DNA of 64,000 nucleotides from the human T2T-CHM13v2.0 reference genome, Homo sapiens: the NCBI RefSeq assembly GCF_009914755.1, contig NC_060935.1. One strand, written 5' to 3'. The notes below the pieces were generated by a model, which saw only the letters and a program-made list of their open reading frames with translations, was not told where the DNA came from and searched no databases. The first letter of the stretch is position 1. Each line of letters starts with the position of its first letter. Of this stretch, positions 1-14,076 are shown one piece after another. A program made the position numbers and the translations under genes.

Positions 1-2768
1 ATTAGTGGGGTTGGAAAAATTTTCATGGATAATATCCTCAAATATGTATTCCATGTTTCTTTCTTTCTCACCCTCTCTTTTAGGGATGCCAATAGTCTTA
101 GATTTGGTCTCTTTACATAATTCTGTATTTCTCAGAGGTTATATTCATTTTTTTCTTTATTTTTTTTCCAACTGAGTTAATTCAGAGAACCATTCTTCAA
201 ACTCTGAGATTCTTTTCTCAAGTTGGTTTATTCTGCTGTTAATACTTGTGATTGTATTGTGAAATTCTTGAAGTGAATTTTTCAGCTCTATCAGATCAGT
301 TTGGTTGTTTTTTAAAAAACATGGCAAATTTGAATTTCAGCTTCTGTGTCACTTTATCGTATTATTTGGATTCCTTGAATTGGGTTTCAACTTTCTCCTG
401 AATCTTGGTAATCTTCATTCCTATTTGTAGTCCAAATTCTATGTTTGTCCTTTCAGACAAATTACCACAGTAAGTATAACATTATGATGAGTAAGATGTT
501 AGCTGGGGGTTTTCACACAGACCGTACTGTCTTGAGGTACATTCCTTCCATACTTAGTTTCTGTAGTGTTTTTATCATGAAAGGATGTTGAATTTTATCA
601 AGTGCCTTTTCTGCAATGATTGAAATGATCATATAATTTTTATCCTTTATTATGTTAATGTGGTGTGTTTACAAAATTGATTTTTGTATGTTGAATCATC
701 TGCATTCTAGGGATAAATCTCACTTAATCATGGTGAATGATCCTATTAAGGTGCTGATGAGTCTGGTTTGCTAGTATTTTGGTTTGAATAGATTTTTCAT
801 CTATGTTAATCAGGAATATTCATCTGTAATTTTCTTTTCTTGTAGTGTCCTTGTTTGGTTTTAGTATCCAGGTAATGCTGGCCTTCTAAAATGAATTTAA
901 AAGCATCTTTTATTCTTCAATATTTTGAAAGAATTTGAGAAAGATTCATATTAGTTCTTTAAATGTTTGGTAGATTTCAACAGTGAAGCCAACAGTTTCT
1001 GAGCTGTCCTTTGATGGGAGAATTTTTATTATTTATTCAATATCTCTACTTGTTATTGATCTGTTCAGATTTTCTACTTCTTCATGATTCAATCTTGGTA
1101 GACTATATGAGTCTAGGAATTTATTCTTTCTTTTAGGTTATCCAATTTCTTGGCATGTAATTGTTTACAGTAGTCACTGATGATCCTTTGCATTTCTTTG
1201 ATATTAGTTCTGGCATCTCTTATCTCTAAACTTTAGTCTTCTTTATTTTTGTCTTAATTAGTCTAGATGAAGGTTTGTCAATTTTCTTAATCTTTTCAAG
1301 AAACCAACTATTACTTTTGTTGATCATTTTTAGTCTCTAAATTATTTATCACTGCTCTGATCTTTAAAATTTCCTTGCTTTTACTAATTTTGGGCTTATA
1401 GTATTCTTCTTTTTTCTAATTTCTTGAGGTGTAAAATTATATTGTTTACTTAAATTATTTCTTCTTTTTTGGATGAAATAAAATATTTGTTGCTATGAAC
1501 TTCCCCCTTAGAACTGCATTTGTTATATCCCATAAGCTTTGGTAAATTGTTTTTCCATTTTTATTTGCCTCAAGATATTTTATAATTTATCTTTTAATTT
1601 ATTCTTTGACTAATTAGTTGTTGAGGAGCGTGCTGTTTAATTTCCATGTATGTGTGAACTTTCTGAAGTTCTGCCCATAATTGATTTCTAGTTTCATACC
1701 ATTGTGGTTGGAAAGATACCTGCTATAATTTCAACCTTCTTACACTTATTAATACTTTTTTGTAACCTAAGATATGATCTACCCCTGGAGAATGTTCTGT
1801 ATGTGCTTGAGATTAATGTGTATTCTGCTACTGTTGGATGAAATGTTGTTTATATTTGTTAGCTCCATTTGGTTGAAAATGTAGTTCAAGTCCAATGTTT
1901 TGCTTTACTGATTTTTTGTCTGAATGATTTGTTTATTGTTGAAAGAGGGGTAATGAAGCCTTCTACTATTATTATATTATAGGCTATCTCTTTCTTCGTA
2001 TCTATTAATATTTGCTTAATATATTTAGGTACTCCAATGTAGGGTGTTCGTATATGTATATTTACAATTGTAAATATGTATATTTACAATTACAATTACT
2101 CTTGATGGACCTACCTCTTTGTCATTATATAATGACCTTTTTGTCTCTTTTTATAGTTTTTTAACTTGAAATTTATTTTATATGATATATATACACACAT
2201 ATACACACACATATATATAGCTATTCCTGCTTTCTTTTCATTTCCATTTCCATAGAAAATCTTTTTCCAACTCTTTGCTTTCAATCTATGTGTGTCCTTA
2301 AAGGCAAAGTGAATCTCTTGAGTCTCTTGTCAGCAGAGTTTAACTGTATCTCTTAAAAAATCCTTCCAGCTACTCTATGTCTTTTGACTGAAGAATTTAG
2401 TCCATTTACATTTAAGGTAATTAATAGGTAAGAACTTTTACTGACACTTTAATAATTTTTTTGGTTGTTTTGTAAATCCTTTCTTTCTTCTCTCTTGCTA
2501 TTTTCCTTTGGGATTAGATGATTTTCTATACTAGTATGCTTTAATTTCTGATTTTCTATCTTTTGTCTATATTCCACAGTTATCTTTCTTGTGGTTATTA
2601 TGAGGCTTACATACAACATCATATAACAGTCTGTTTTAAACTGATAATAACTTCCATCACATAGAGCTCTAGATTTTTATTTTTGTCCACCCTCCATATT
2701 TGATGTCACAATTCATATATTGTGTATCCATTAACATATTAATATTCTTTAATTATAGTTATTCTTAA

Positions 2769-3246
<478 letters not shown>

Positions 3247-4087
3247 TGAAGTACCTCCTTTAGCATTTCTTATTAGACTGGTCTTGTGATGATGAACTCT
3301 CTCCCCTTTGGCATTCTGGAAAGGTCTTTAGCTGTTCTTCATTTCTGAAAGACAGTTTTTCTAGGTATCGTATTCTTAATTGGTAGTTTCTATTTCTTTT
3401 AGCACTTTGGAGATTTTATCCCCTTCCTCTGACCTGCAACATTTCTTCTGAAAAATCCATTGGTAGTCTAATGGAGGCTCACTTGTACTTCACTAATTAC
3501 TTTTGTCTTGCTGCTTTCAAAATTCTCTCTTTGTCCTTGGCTTTTGACAATTTGATTATAATGTGTCTTTGGGTAATCCTGTTTGAGGTCCTTTGGGCTT
3601 CATAAATGTGGATATTCATTTTTTCCCCCAGATTTGGGAATTTGGGGCCATGATATATTTAAATAAATCTTTTGCTCTTTTCTCTATCTGTTGAGTCCTT
3701 GAAACTCCCATAACATGTATATCGTTTCAATTGATTTTGCATCCTAATTCCCTTAGGCTTCCTTCACTTTTTTATTCCTTGTTTTTTTCTCTGACTGTAT
3801 AATTTCAAGTGAGTCGTCTATAAGTTTAATGATTCTTTCCTCTGCTTGATGAAGTCTTCTGTTTAATCCCTCTAATAAATTTTTCAGTTCAGTTATTTTT
3901 TTCTTCAGGTTTAGAATTTCTATGTGTTTCCTTTTTATCATTACTTTTTGTTATATTCTTATTTTGTTCCTGTATCATTTCCCTGATTTTCTTTTATCGT
4001 CTGTGTTCTAATTCACTTAGCTCCTCTAAGATCATTATCTTTTTTGACAAGAAAGTTATAGATCTCCATTACATTAGGGTCAGTATT

Positions 4088-4566
4088 GTGTAAACAGGGC
4101 TAAGCACCCTTGTTGGGGTCCTTCAAGGATCACTTCTACACAGATCAAAAGCACTGAGAGAAACATAAAAACTTAAAATTTTATTATACTCACAGGTCTT
4201 AAAGAAGAGGCACAGTATTACCAGAGGGTCACATAATTCACCAAAAGCTGTGGGTTGAGCTTGGTTGTCAGGAAAACAGACAGAGGAGATGACTCATGGG
4301 TGAGCATTTTTATTGGGGGTAGTCATAGGTGGTGCAGCCATAGCATGAAGGCAGTATTTTTGTTGGTTAATTTAAATGTAACTAGGTCAAAACAGGGAAA
4401 GGAAGACATCAAATGGAAAGGTCATCATATGACTTATTGCCTGGCCACATATGTTGAGAGATGAGTGCTTGGTAGTGGACAATGACTAGGTAAAAGTTTA
4501 AAACAAGCAGAGAGAATGCAACTACTTTAGAGCCACTGAGGCAACAAAGAATAACCTTATATTACA
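4088..4566. mobile_element. Probable solo LTR (family uncertain) inserted in L1 ORF1 region
   Basis: About 480 bp of non-L1 sequence with tgt...aca ends. The L1 text ttagggtcagt|...ttactgga resumes on both sides. Confidence 0.5.
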
Positions 4567-6269
4567 TTTCATTACTGGACATGTATTTCATTCCTTTGAT
4601 TGTGTCATGGTTTCCTGATTCTTTGTGTTTCTTGTAGCTTTGCCTTGGTGTCTGTGTTTGAATAAAAAGTCCCCTTTCCCAGTCTTTACAAACTGGCTTT
4701 GGCAGCATGCTGAAAGACTAGAAGATTGAATATATGCCCCACTTTCTTCTCCCTCCGAGAGAAAATTTTAGACTGAGGCAATCTCTCAGTTGGTGCCGAG
4801 CTGTGACAACTTGAAAAAAGAGCTGATATGGTAAAGTGAAATTGCTCTTTTTACATGTTTCAATGTGACTGTTCTTAGTTTTGTACTTGTCTGGGGGTAC
4901 TGCAACTATTTAACTAGATTCTGCACTTCCCGTAAAGTTATTTTGATCCACACATCATGGCAAATTGGTGTTTCTGTGGAAGACAAAGTTGGGCATTTCT
5001 ACTCTGCCATCTTGCTGGCATCTCTACATCCTGACTTAAATTCTTTTTTGTATTTTCTATCTCTTTGCTCTCTGAACTGTATTTTGAACTATATTTCTCA
5101 ATTTAACTTTGTCTAGTTTAATATTTATCCCCTCAATCAAAAATTGTATAAAACTGTTGTGAATGTATATTTTTTATGTTATCTTATTGGTTTTCTTTTC
5201 ATATTTCACATTGCTATTTTTGTTTCATTTGTTTCCAACTCTTAAATGAGATTAGACTCCATCTAAAGTGCACAATCTTAACCATCTTTCCAAAATTCTG
5301 TGTCACATTAATTAACTTTTCTATGTATTACTTTCCTCATCTGTACAATTGAAAAAATAATATTTTTCTCCCTTTATAATAGATGAATAAAATAAAATAG
5401 ATTATATAGAATACTTAGTGTAATGTTTGCTTCAGACTAAGTACTCATTCTCCTCCTAGATAGATTTGCACATATGCAAAGCTTTAGAACTTGTGATCAC
5501 TTTATAATAAATATGTTCTACCATGTGCTCAGAATTAAAATATAAAGTTTTCCCAGCTCTAACACAGAAGGCATAGCTTGAATCTCTTTGACCTAATACA
5601 TTTAAGGAGAACTGAATTCTGACTTTATAACAGTTTCTGTGTTAATCACTGTTATTAAAAAGTGAATAACGTGATTACTTATTATGGGGGCAGAGCCAAT
5701 AAGCTCTGTAAATAAGCACCCAAACAGTAATAAGTGATATAATTAATATCTCTATAATATGTTATGAAATCACCATGAAAATGTTCAGAATGTGCCAGAG
5801 CACCCTACATGAATTTTCTTCTTCTGTGAGTTGCCACACTGTGATAAAACATATAAAATGTTCATCTAATTAAAGTTATTTTTGAAAAATAACTAATTTC
5901 TGTATTCCACTAAAATACCAAGAAGCCAATGCACTGCCCACTCTCTTATATATACTTCTAGGTATAAAGCAGCAAGAAATGACTGTTTTTCATCTAGAAA
6001 TTCAGATATGCAGGCATGTGGATAAAATTGTACTGCAAAACACAAGATCAATTATAATCCTAGGTCTGTTCATAAAGAGCTGGGTATAGATTTGCCATGG
6101 CCATATCTTCTTAATTCACAAAATGAGATACCTTCTACCCCTCCTCATAAGCTGTGCTCCTACTCTCATGTGGCAATGAAAATGACAGTAGTTTGATAGC
6201 ATAAAAGATATTAATATTTTTAAATCAGGCAATCTGAGCCATTACTTTTCATGGTATACTTAATCTCTT

Positions 6270-8530
6270 ATTGGTTACTGTTCCACAATTTCTATTATGG
6301 TAATATTTTATAATTACTCTCCCTTTATTAATTTTTAGAAACTTTTTGATACATTGTTTTCTTGGTTTCATTTAGTTCTTTGTTCAAGACTTCCTTTAGC
6401 TCTATGAACATATTTAAGATATTTGTCTTAAAAATGCCAAAAGTACAGAACACCAGTTAAAAATAAAACATCTAAATGAGCATAAAGATATGTTATATTC
6501 ATGGATCGGCAGACTTCAAGATGACTATTTTCCAGACTTTATATGATCTCAACTGAAACTCAAGTGAGCTTTTTTTTGGGTAAATACTGACAAACTGGTT
6601 ATAACTTTTTGCATAACAGCAAACCTAGCAGAATAGACAAAATAATTATAAAAGAACAAAGCTGAAGCATGTACATGACCTGGTTTCATGTCTTACCTTT
6701 ATAATAGAAGTCAATACAATATGGTATTGAGCAAAAGGTATGCACATAAATCAATGGAATTGATTACGGGATACAGAAATTGATCCACAGGTAGATAATA
6801 AATTGAATTTTGTGAAAGATGGAAAGACAGACCAATGGAGAAAATATGCTATGTTTTGAGCATTTGTTCCTCCAGAACCCAGGTTGAAATTTAATTGCCA
6901 TTGTGATGGTATTGGAAGGTGGGATCTTTCAGATATATTTAAGTCATGAAGGCTGTACCCTATCAATAGACTAATGTCATTATCACTGGAATGGGTTCAT
7001 TATTGCAGGGGTGAGCTTTCCCCCTCTTGTTCTCTCTTACCTTCTCTTTGCTTTCTCATCATGAAATGATGCAGAAAGAAGCCCCTTACCAAATGTCAGC
7101 CCCTTGGATCTTGGAGTTCCTAGCCTCTAGAACAGTGAACCAATAAATTTCTGTTCATTATAATTAATTATCCAGTCTGTGCTATTTGGTTATAGCAGCC
7201 AGCACAAATGAACAAAGACAAAATATATTCTCTCAACAAACTGTGCCACAACAATTGTTTGTCCATATGCCAAAAAGGAACTAAATGTAAAGTGTAAACT
7301 AAAACTCTATGTTCCCATAAACCTCTTTCAAAATGTTTGTAAAAATCTTTATTGAGAATAATAATTGCTTAACCTTTAAGCAGATGATGATGAAGTAATT
7401 AAATTGTATTACAAATGTATGACATAATTTCATTGAAGGTAGACGAGAAAAAAAAAACGTTGATCTAAGTAACATTGGAAAACAGTGTGTTGACCAAAAA
7501 CTTTGTCTAAAAGTAAAAGGAATTATACATAAATATGGTTCTGTTGTTGCTAAAGTTGCTTCTCATTATGATGAACAACTATGGAACTGCCTTACTTGTG
7601 TATTGGAGTCAAAAAATAAGTCTATAAATAGGGGTTGTGGAGAGCTAAGTTTCTAACTGTCAGAAAGGGAAGTCATAGATAAGAAAGGGGGGAAGATTAA
7701 ATGAACTGGATTGGAGTCAGAAATATTGATAGGAAGCCATGTTTAGCTTAATAGCAATGGGATATAGATATAAACACACATATACTTTCTAGATATAAAA
7801 ATAAGTGTAGTTGTGTGCATATATTAATATGTATGTATTCTATATATACTAGCTCTATCTCTAAGAGGACCTAGAAGAAGTTAAACTCCAAGAGCTGCAG
7901 ACACACCCTGCAGTGTGTTGTTGATTAAGCCAATAAACAAATGAATGGAAGAGATAAATTTTGCTACAAAAGAACTAGATGTAGCTTAGTTTCACAACAC
8001 CTAGAGTGTGAGCTGGACTTAGTGACTTCTTTCTAAAGAACAGAATATAGAAAAGTTTAAAAAACTAATCTACAATGGAGAAACTTAGTAAATTTTTTCT
8101 AGCACGTATGATCATGTTAACATTAGTGATTAAGTCAAGTTGATAGAATATACTCTTGATGTGATGTCATGAGAATAAAATTTTATCTCAGAGGTATTTC
8201 TCCCCAAAACCCATTGCCCCAGGCAAATCATTAAAAAAATCTTCAGAAAATTTCAAATGGTAAGCATTTTGTGAAATTCCTGGCTAGAAATCCTTAAAAT
8301 TGTCATGATCATCAAAAACAGAGAAAGAATGAGAACTTGTCACAGAGAATTAGAGATTAAAGAGACATGAAAAGTAAATGTAAGAAGAGGAAAAGCATAT
8401 TAGTGGAAAACTAATGAAATCTGAATAAAGCCTGAAATTTAAAATATAACATTGTAGAAATGTGGTTTCTTAGTTTTGACATATACCGTAATATGAGATT
8501 ATAACGTAGGGGAAAACAGAGGAGGGTTTA
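6270..8530. mobile_element. Old L1M fragments (minus-strand piece fused to plus-strand ORF2/3'UTR pieces)
   Basis: Degenerate L1 ORF2 text (atggtattgagcaaaaggtatgcacataaatcaatggaat) and L1MC/ME-like 3'UTR. Confidence 0.6.
6847..7220 (+). mobile_element. MST-family MaLR solo LTR (MSTC/D-like)
   Basis: tgctatg... to ...caataaatttctgttcattata...ttatagcag...aaagaca; 5-bp TSD aaata at 6842-6846 and 7221-7225. Confidence 0.85.
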
Positions 8531-8720
8531 TATTCAATTCTCATGACTGCTGTGACAAATTATCACAAATTTAGAAACTTAAAATAACACATATTTATTT
8601 CACAGCTCTGAACTTCAAAAGTTCAAAAGCAGTTTCACTAGACCAAATTAATTGTTGGCAGCGATATGTTCCCACAGGAGGGTCTAAGGGACAATCCATT
8701 TATTGCCTCTTCCATAAGAC
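8530..8720 (-). mobile_element. MLT1 MaLR LTR fragment
   Basis: ctgctgtgacaaattatcacaaatttag...cttaaaataacacatatttatttcacagctctg matches the MLT1 terminus. Confidence 0.65.
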
Positions 8721-9379
8721 AGAAATAAATATCTGTGTCGTACTACACTGCCCCACAAACACCAGCATCTTAGCACATACAAGTGCAATCTTACAAACAC
8801 TGAGATGTTCAAGCATCTAATTTTACAGAGACAAAAAAGAAGATACAGATGCACACTCCTGGGAGTAGTTTTTATATAGTATAGAGCTCCCCGAGGATCA
8901 AAAGGAAAAGCATAAAAAACCATGCATTATATTAGCATATTGAATTTGTTATCTTTTTCACTGATAGAAGTTTTCATGTTTATATTCTATCTGCACATTT
9001 AAAAACATTTCAGTTAATTGTGTGATTTGCATGTATGAAGTAATTTTGCAAATATAATCATACATTATACTTTTATATAATCAGATTGAATTTCTTCTTG
9101 TGATTTACTAAATAGCATTTATTTGATGTGTGACTTGCCACTTAATGACATATTATGTCAAAACTAAAAATTATGAGATGATTCATTTAATGATGAGATT
9201 CCCAGGAAATCATTGGGTCCAAAAGTGGGGCATGCAAGCACTGAGAATGTAGATTTAAAAATTTCAGCAAAGCAGAAAATAAGCTGTACTTGTTGAAATA
9301 TGCTACATGCCTCTGAAGAAAGTTTACATTATGGCTCAAATATTCAATATATTGATAAAATTGGGCTCAGCTTAATTAT

Positions 9380-9810
9380 TTTAATCATTCACTTAACAAA
9401 TAATTAGAGAGAATCTACAATGAAACAGGTATCTATTTAGGTGCTGAGCAGGATCATGCAAACAAAACAAAAGTCACTGCTCTTAAGAAGTTTAAGTTCT
9501 AACTGGGGATGATAAATGAAAAGTGATCAAATAAACATACAGTAGGGAGTGTTAAGGACTATGAAGAATAATGCAGGGTGACAGGATAGTACACATGGTG
9601 AGGGGAGAGGGACTTATATAAAGGGAAGGCTTCCATGATTTGTTAACATTTATTTGAGCAAAGACCTGAGTGGAGGAAGAAAAATTTCCATACAGAGGGA
9701 ACAGCAAGTCCACATGTCCTGAGGCAGGAGCATGTTTGGAGATGTGAAGAAATATCAAGGAGAGTAATGTGAACGGATAGAGACAAAACACTAGAGAAGT
9801 GACAAGAGAT
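9380..9810. mobile_element. L2 LINE fragment
   Basis: cattcacttaacaaata...tttgagcaaagacctgag...cagagggaacagcaag...cctgaggcaggagcatg; paralogous copy at about 56160-56500. Confidence 0.7.
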
Positions 9811-10006
9811 GATGTATCTCAACTAAATTAAATTTTAATAAGTAACATTTCAAAGCCCTTGCAGAGAGAAAATATGTAGAAAATTATTATCTCAGGCCAT
9901 AAATAGAGTGAATGTTGGTAGTCATGTATGGATAAATTGAAAATGCCTATATTTTCCCTTAATTTTTATTATTCTCTGGCTATTTTATCCTTTTGAAAAG
10001 TGTAAC

Positions 10007-12470
10007 GTATCATCTATGATTTCTTTGAGCAGTGCTTTGTAGTTCTCCCTGTAGAGATCTTTCACTTCCTTGGTTAGATATATTACTAGGTATCTTTTGT
10101 TTTTGTTATTGTAAATGGGATGTATTCTTGATTTGGCTCTCAGCTTAAACATTATTAGTGTATAGAAATACTACTGATTTTCATAGATTGATTTTTGTAT
10201 CCAGAAACTTTACTGAAGTCATTAATCAGTTGCAGGACCTTTTGGTAGAATCTTTAGGGTTTTATAGCTATAGAATCGTGTCAACTTGGAAAAAAGACAG
10301 TTTACTGAGTTCTTGTTCTATTTGGATGTCTTTTATTTCTTTCTCTTGCCTGATTGCTCTGGCTGGAACTTCCAGTACTATTTTGAGTAAGAGTGGTGAC
10401 AGTGGGCATCCTTTTCTTGTTCTAGTTATCAAGGGGAATGCTTTGTGTTTTTGCTTGTTCAGTATAATGTTGACTCTGGGTATGTCATAGATGGCTTTTA
10501 TTATTTTCAGGTATATTCATTCAATGCCTAGTTTGTTCAGGATTTTTATCACGAAGGGATGTTGGATTTTATAAAAATCTTTTTTGCTATCAAATTAATC
10601 ATATGGTTTCTGTTTTTAATTCTGCTTTTGTGGTGAATCACATTTATTGATTTGCATATATTTAAACAACCTTGCATTCCTGGAATAAAGCCTACTTGAT
10701 TATGGTGAATTGATTTTTTGATGAACTGGTGGATTCAGTTTGATAGTATTTTGTTGAGGATTTTTGTGTCCATGTTCATCAGGGAAACAAGTGGAAAAAA
10801 AAATCCATGCTCCTGGATTAGAAGAGTCAATATTGTCAAAATGGCCATATTGCCCAAAGCAATCTGCAGATTCAATGCTATTCCTATCAAATTACCAACA
10901 TCATTTTTCACAGAACTAGAAAAAACAATTCTTAAATTCATTGGAGCCAAAAAAGAGCTTGAATAGTGAAAGCAATCCAAAACAAAAACAACAAAGCCAG
11001 AGGCATCATATTTCCCAACTTTAAACTATACTATAAGGCTACAATAACCAAAACAGCATGGTACAGAAACAGACACATAGACCAATGGAACACAATAGGA
11101 AATCCAGAAAGAAAGCTACTCACCTACAGCTATCTTATCTTCAACAAAATCAACAAAAATAAGCAATGAAGAAAGGACTCTGTATTCAATAAATGGTGCT
11201 GGGATACCTGGCTAGCCATATGCAGAAGAATGAAACTGGAAGAATGAAATTGGACCCCTAATTTTACTGTATGCAAAATTTAACTAAAAATGGATTAAAG
11301 ACTTCAATATAAGACCTCAAACTATGAGAATCTGGAAGAAAACATCATTCTGGGCATTGGCCTTGGAAAAGAATTTATGAATAAGGCCTCGAAAACAATT
11401 GCAACAAAACCAAAATTTGGCAAGTGAGACCTAATTAAACCAAAGAACCTTTGTACAACAAAAGAGACTATCAAACTAAAGAGATTTAACAGAGCAAAAG
11501 AAACTATCAATAGAGTAAACAGACAATCTACAGAATGGAGGGAAATATTTGCTAATTATGCATCTGACAGAGGTTGAATATCCAGAATGTATAAGCAACT
11601 TAAACAATTAAACAAGTAAAACATAAATAATCCCATTTAAAAATGAGGAAAAGACACTTTTCAAAAGAAGACATACAAACTACCAACAAACATGAAAAAA
11701 TGCTTAACATCACTAATCATCAGAGAAATGCAGATCAAAACCACAATGAGATACTTTCTCACATAAGGCAGAATGGCTATTAATAAGAAATCAAAAAAGA
11801 ACAGATGTTGGTGAGGTTGTGGAGCAAAGGGGACACTTATACATTGTTGGTGAGAATGTAAATTAGTGCAGCCACCATGGAAAGCAGTTTGGAAATCTTT
11901 CAAACAACTTAAAACAGAGCTATCATTCAACCCAGCAGTCCCATTACTGGCTATATATCCAAAAGAAAGCAAATTGTTCTACCAATAAGACACATATACT
12001 CATATGTTCATTGCAGCACTATTCACAATAACAAAGAGATGGAATCAACCAAGGTGCCCATCAATGGTGACTGGATAAAGAAAATGTGGTACATAAACAC
12101 CATGAAATACTACACAGCCATAACAAATAGTGAAATCATATCCTTTGCAGCAACATGGATTCAGCTGGAGGCCACTATCTTAAGCACATTAATGCAGTAA
12201 TATACAACCAAATATCACACATTCTCACTTACAAGTGGGAGCTGAGCAATGGGTACTCATGGACATAAAGATGGCAACAATAGACACTGAAGACTACTAG
12301 AGGAAGGGACACAAGGGCTGACAAACTAACTATTGGGTACTATGCTCAGTATCTGAGTGACAGGACGTTCTGTACTCCAAACTTCAACATCACAAATTAT
12401 ACCCATTTAACAAACTTGCACATGTACTCCCTGAATCTTAAATAAAAGTTAAAAAAAAAGAAAAAAGAAA
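10007..12470 (+). mobile_element. 5'-truncated, 5'-inverted L1 (L1PA15/16-like)
   Basis: 10007-10784 is antisense ORF2; 10785-12470 is sense ORF2 ([20 protein letters not shown]), 3'UTR and A-rich tail. Confidence 0.9.
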
Positions 12471-13143
12471 GCTTTTTGTCTTTTATATAAAGAAAATGTA
12501 ATATAAAAATGTATGTTCTACAAAATGATTTAAAGACAGAAATATTAATCATTTAAAATGCTTTAGCTATGTATCTCTCAATAAAATATGCTTACAATAT
12601 GAGCCAATACTTTCATTTAAAGCCATAGCACTTTTTTCTCAAACAATAATGCTTAGAATATTCAACTTAAGAAAAAAGTAACAGTAGTCAAAAATTTATA
12701 TTTGAATTCCCCAATTAACTAAATTATTTTTATTGAAACCCTAGCCACATTCCCTTTACCTCTGGCTAATTTTTCACTCCTATGTGTATGTGCTCATAGC
12801 AGTCACATGTATGCGTTTCTGTTCATGGGTTTGTTTGTCACCAGTTTTTACATGTATGTTACTTGTGCCATATGATAGAGAAAATGCATATAAAGAGTGA
12901 ATAAATTAAGTCTTCCTAATGCATTTTTTGAACTACATCACTTTATGATTTCCTTACGCCATTTTTATTCAGGTATTACATTTCTAATCATTACATTTCC
13001 CTTTTCTAGACAACAGACTTTTGAAGAGGTAAGGATATAATTTCTAGAAATTAACTGGATTGTGGGCCTTAAAATGTCGTGAAGTGACTGGAGAATTTCA
13101 GAAAGGAATGAAACTAGGTATTATGCATGCTGAAATGTTAAAC

Positions 13144-14076
13144 TCACAATCCTAGGGACAATTTTACCTTCTCAACAATTTTCTTGAATGTACTCTTCAC
13201 CTTGTTCTTCAATCTTTAGACCACATGGTTCACCATGGGGAAGACAATAGTATAAAACACAGCTGCAATTTTGTCTGTGTCAATGGAATGACTGGAGCTG
13301 GGCTGTATATGCATGAAGATAATAGTCCCATAGAAGATGGCAACTGCAGTGAGGTGAGAGGCACAAATGGCCAAAGCCTTCTGGTATCCTGCAGTTGAGT
13401 GCATCTTTAGGATGGTGATAAACATCAATAAGTAGGATATCAAGATAACTAGAAGGGCAAAGAGGATATTGAGCTGGTTACATAAACAAGAACCACTACA
13501 TTCACATGTCTATCAGAGCAAGACAGAGCCATGACTGCTGGAACCTCACAGAAAAAGTGATGGACTTCACTGGACATACAGAAAGAGACTGAATGTTTCC
13601 CCAGTGTGAATGGAGGCATTCAGGAAACCACCAACGTATCAACCTATGGCCAGACATGTACACACACTTGTCATCATGGTGGTGGTGTAATGCAGGGGTT
13701 TGCACACTGCTGCATAGTGGCCAGAGGCCATTAAGGCCAATAATAAATTTACCACACTGGCAAAGGAATCAGAAAAGAATGTCTGAGTAGCCCACACAGT
13801 ATAGGAAATGATTTTGTCTTCTCTAAGGAGCCCAGTCATGACCTTTGGAGTGACAACTGAAGAGTAAAAAAAGTCTACCAGAGACAGATTACTGAAGAAG
13901 AAGTACATTGGATTGTGGAGCTGAGAGTACCAGAGAATCAAAATGATCATCCCCAAGTTTCCAACTACATTGATGAGATAGATGAGAACAAACATGATAA
14001 AGAAGGGGACCTGCAGTTCTGGGACATTGCTTAGTCCTAGGAAGATGAACTGTGACGCCTCTCTACTGTTCTACAT
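13144..14076 (-). pseudogene. OR5B19P: Olfactory receptor subfamily 5B pseudogene (probably OR5B19P)
   Basis: GNLG, LHNPMYFF, MASGHY (degenerate MAYDRY), KALAICASH motifs. Lesions: ATG TAG at codons 1-2, TGA after CLAIG, 2-bp deletion near 13585, stop near 13216. Symbol from recalled gene order only. Confidence 0.85.

Noticed and set aside
5030-6270. Possible sixth OR promoter or enhancer in unique AT-rich sequence
   Set aside because: I could not align it to the five promoter blocks or find the HD/O-E pair; isolated TAAT motifs are expected by chance.
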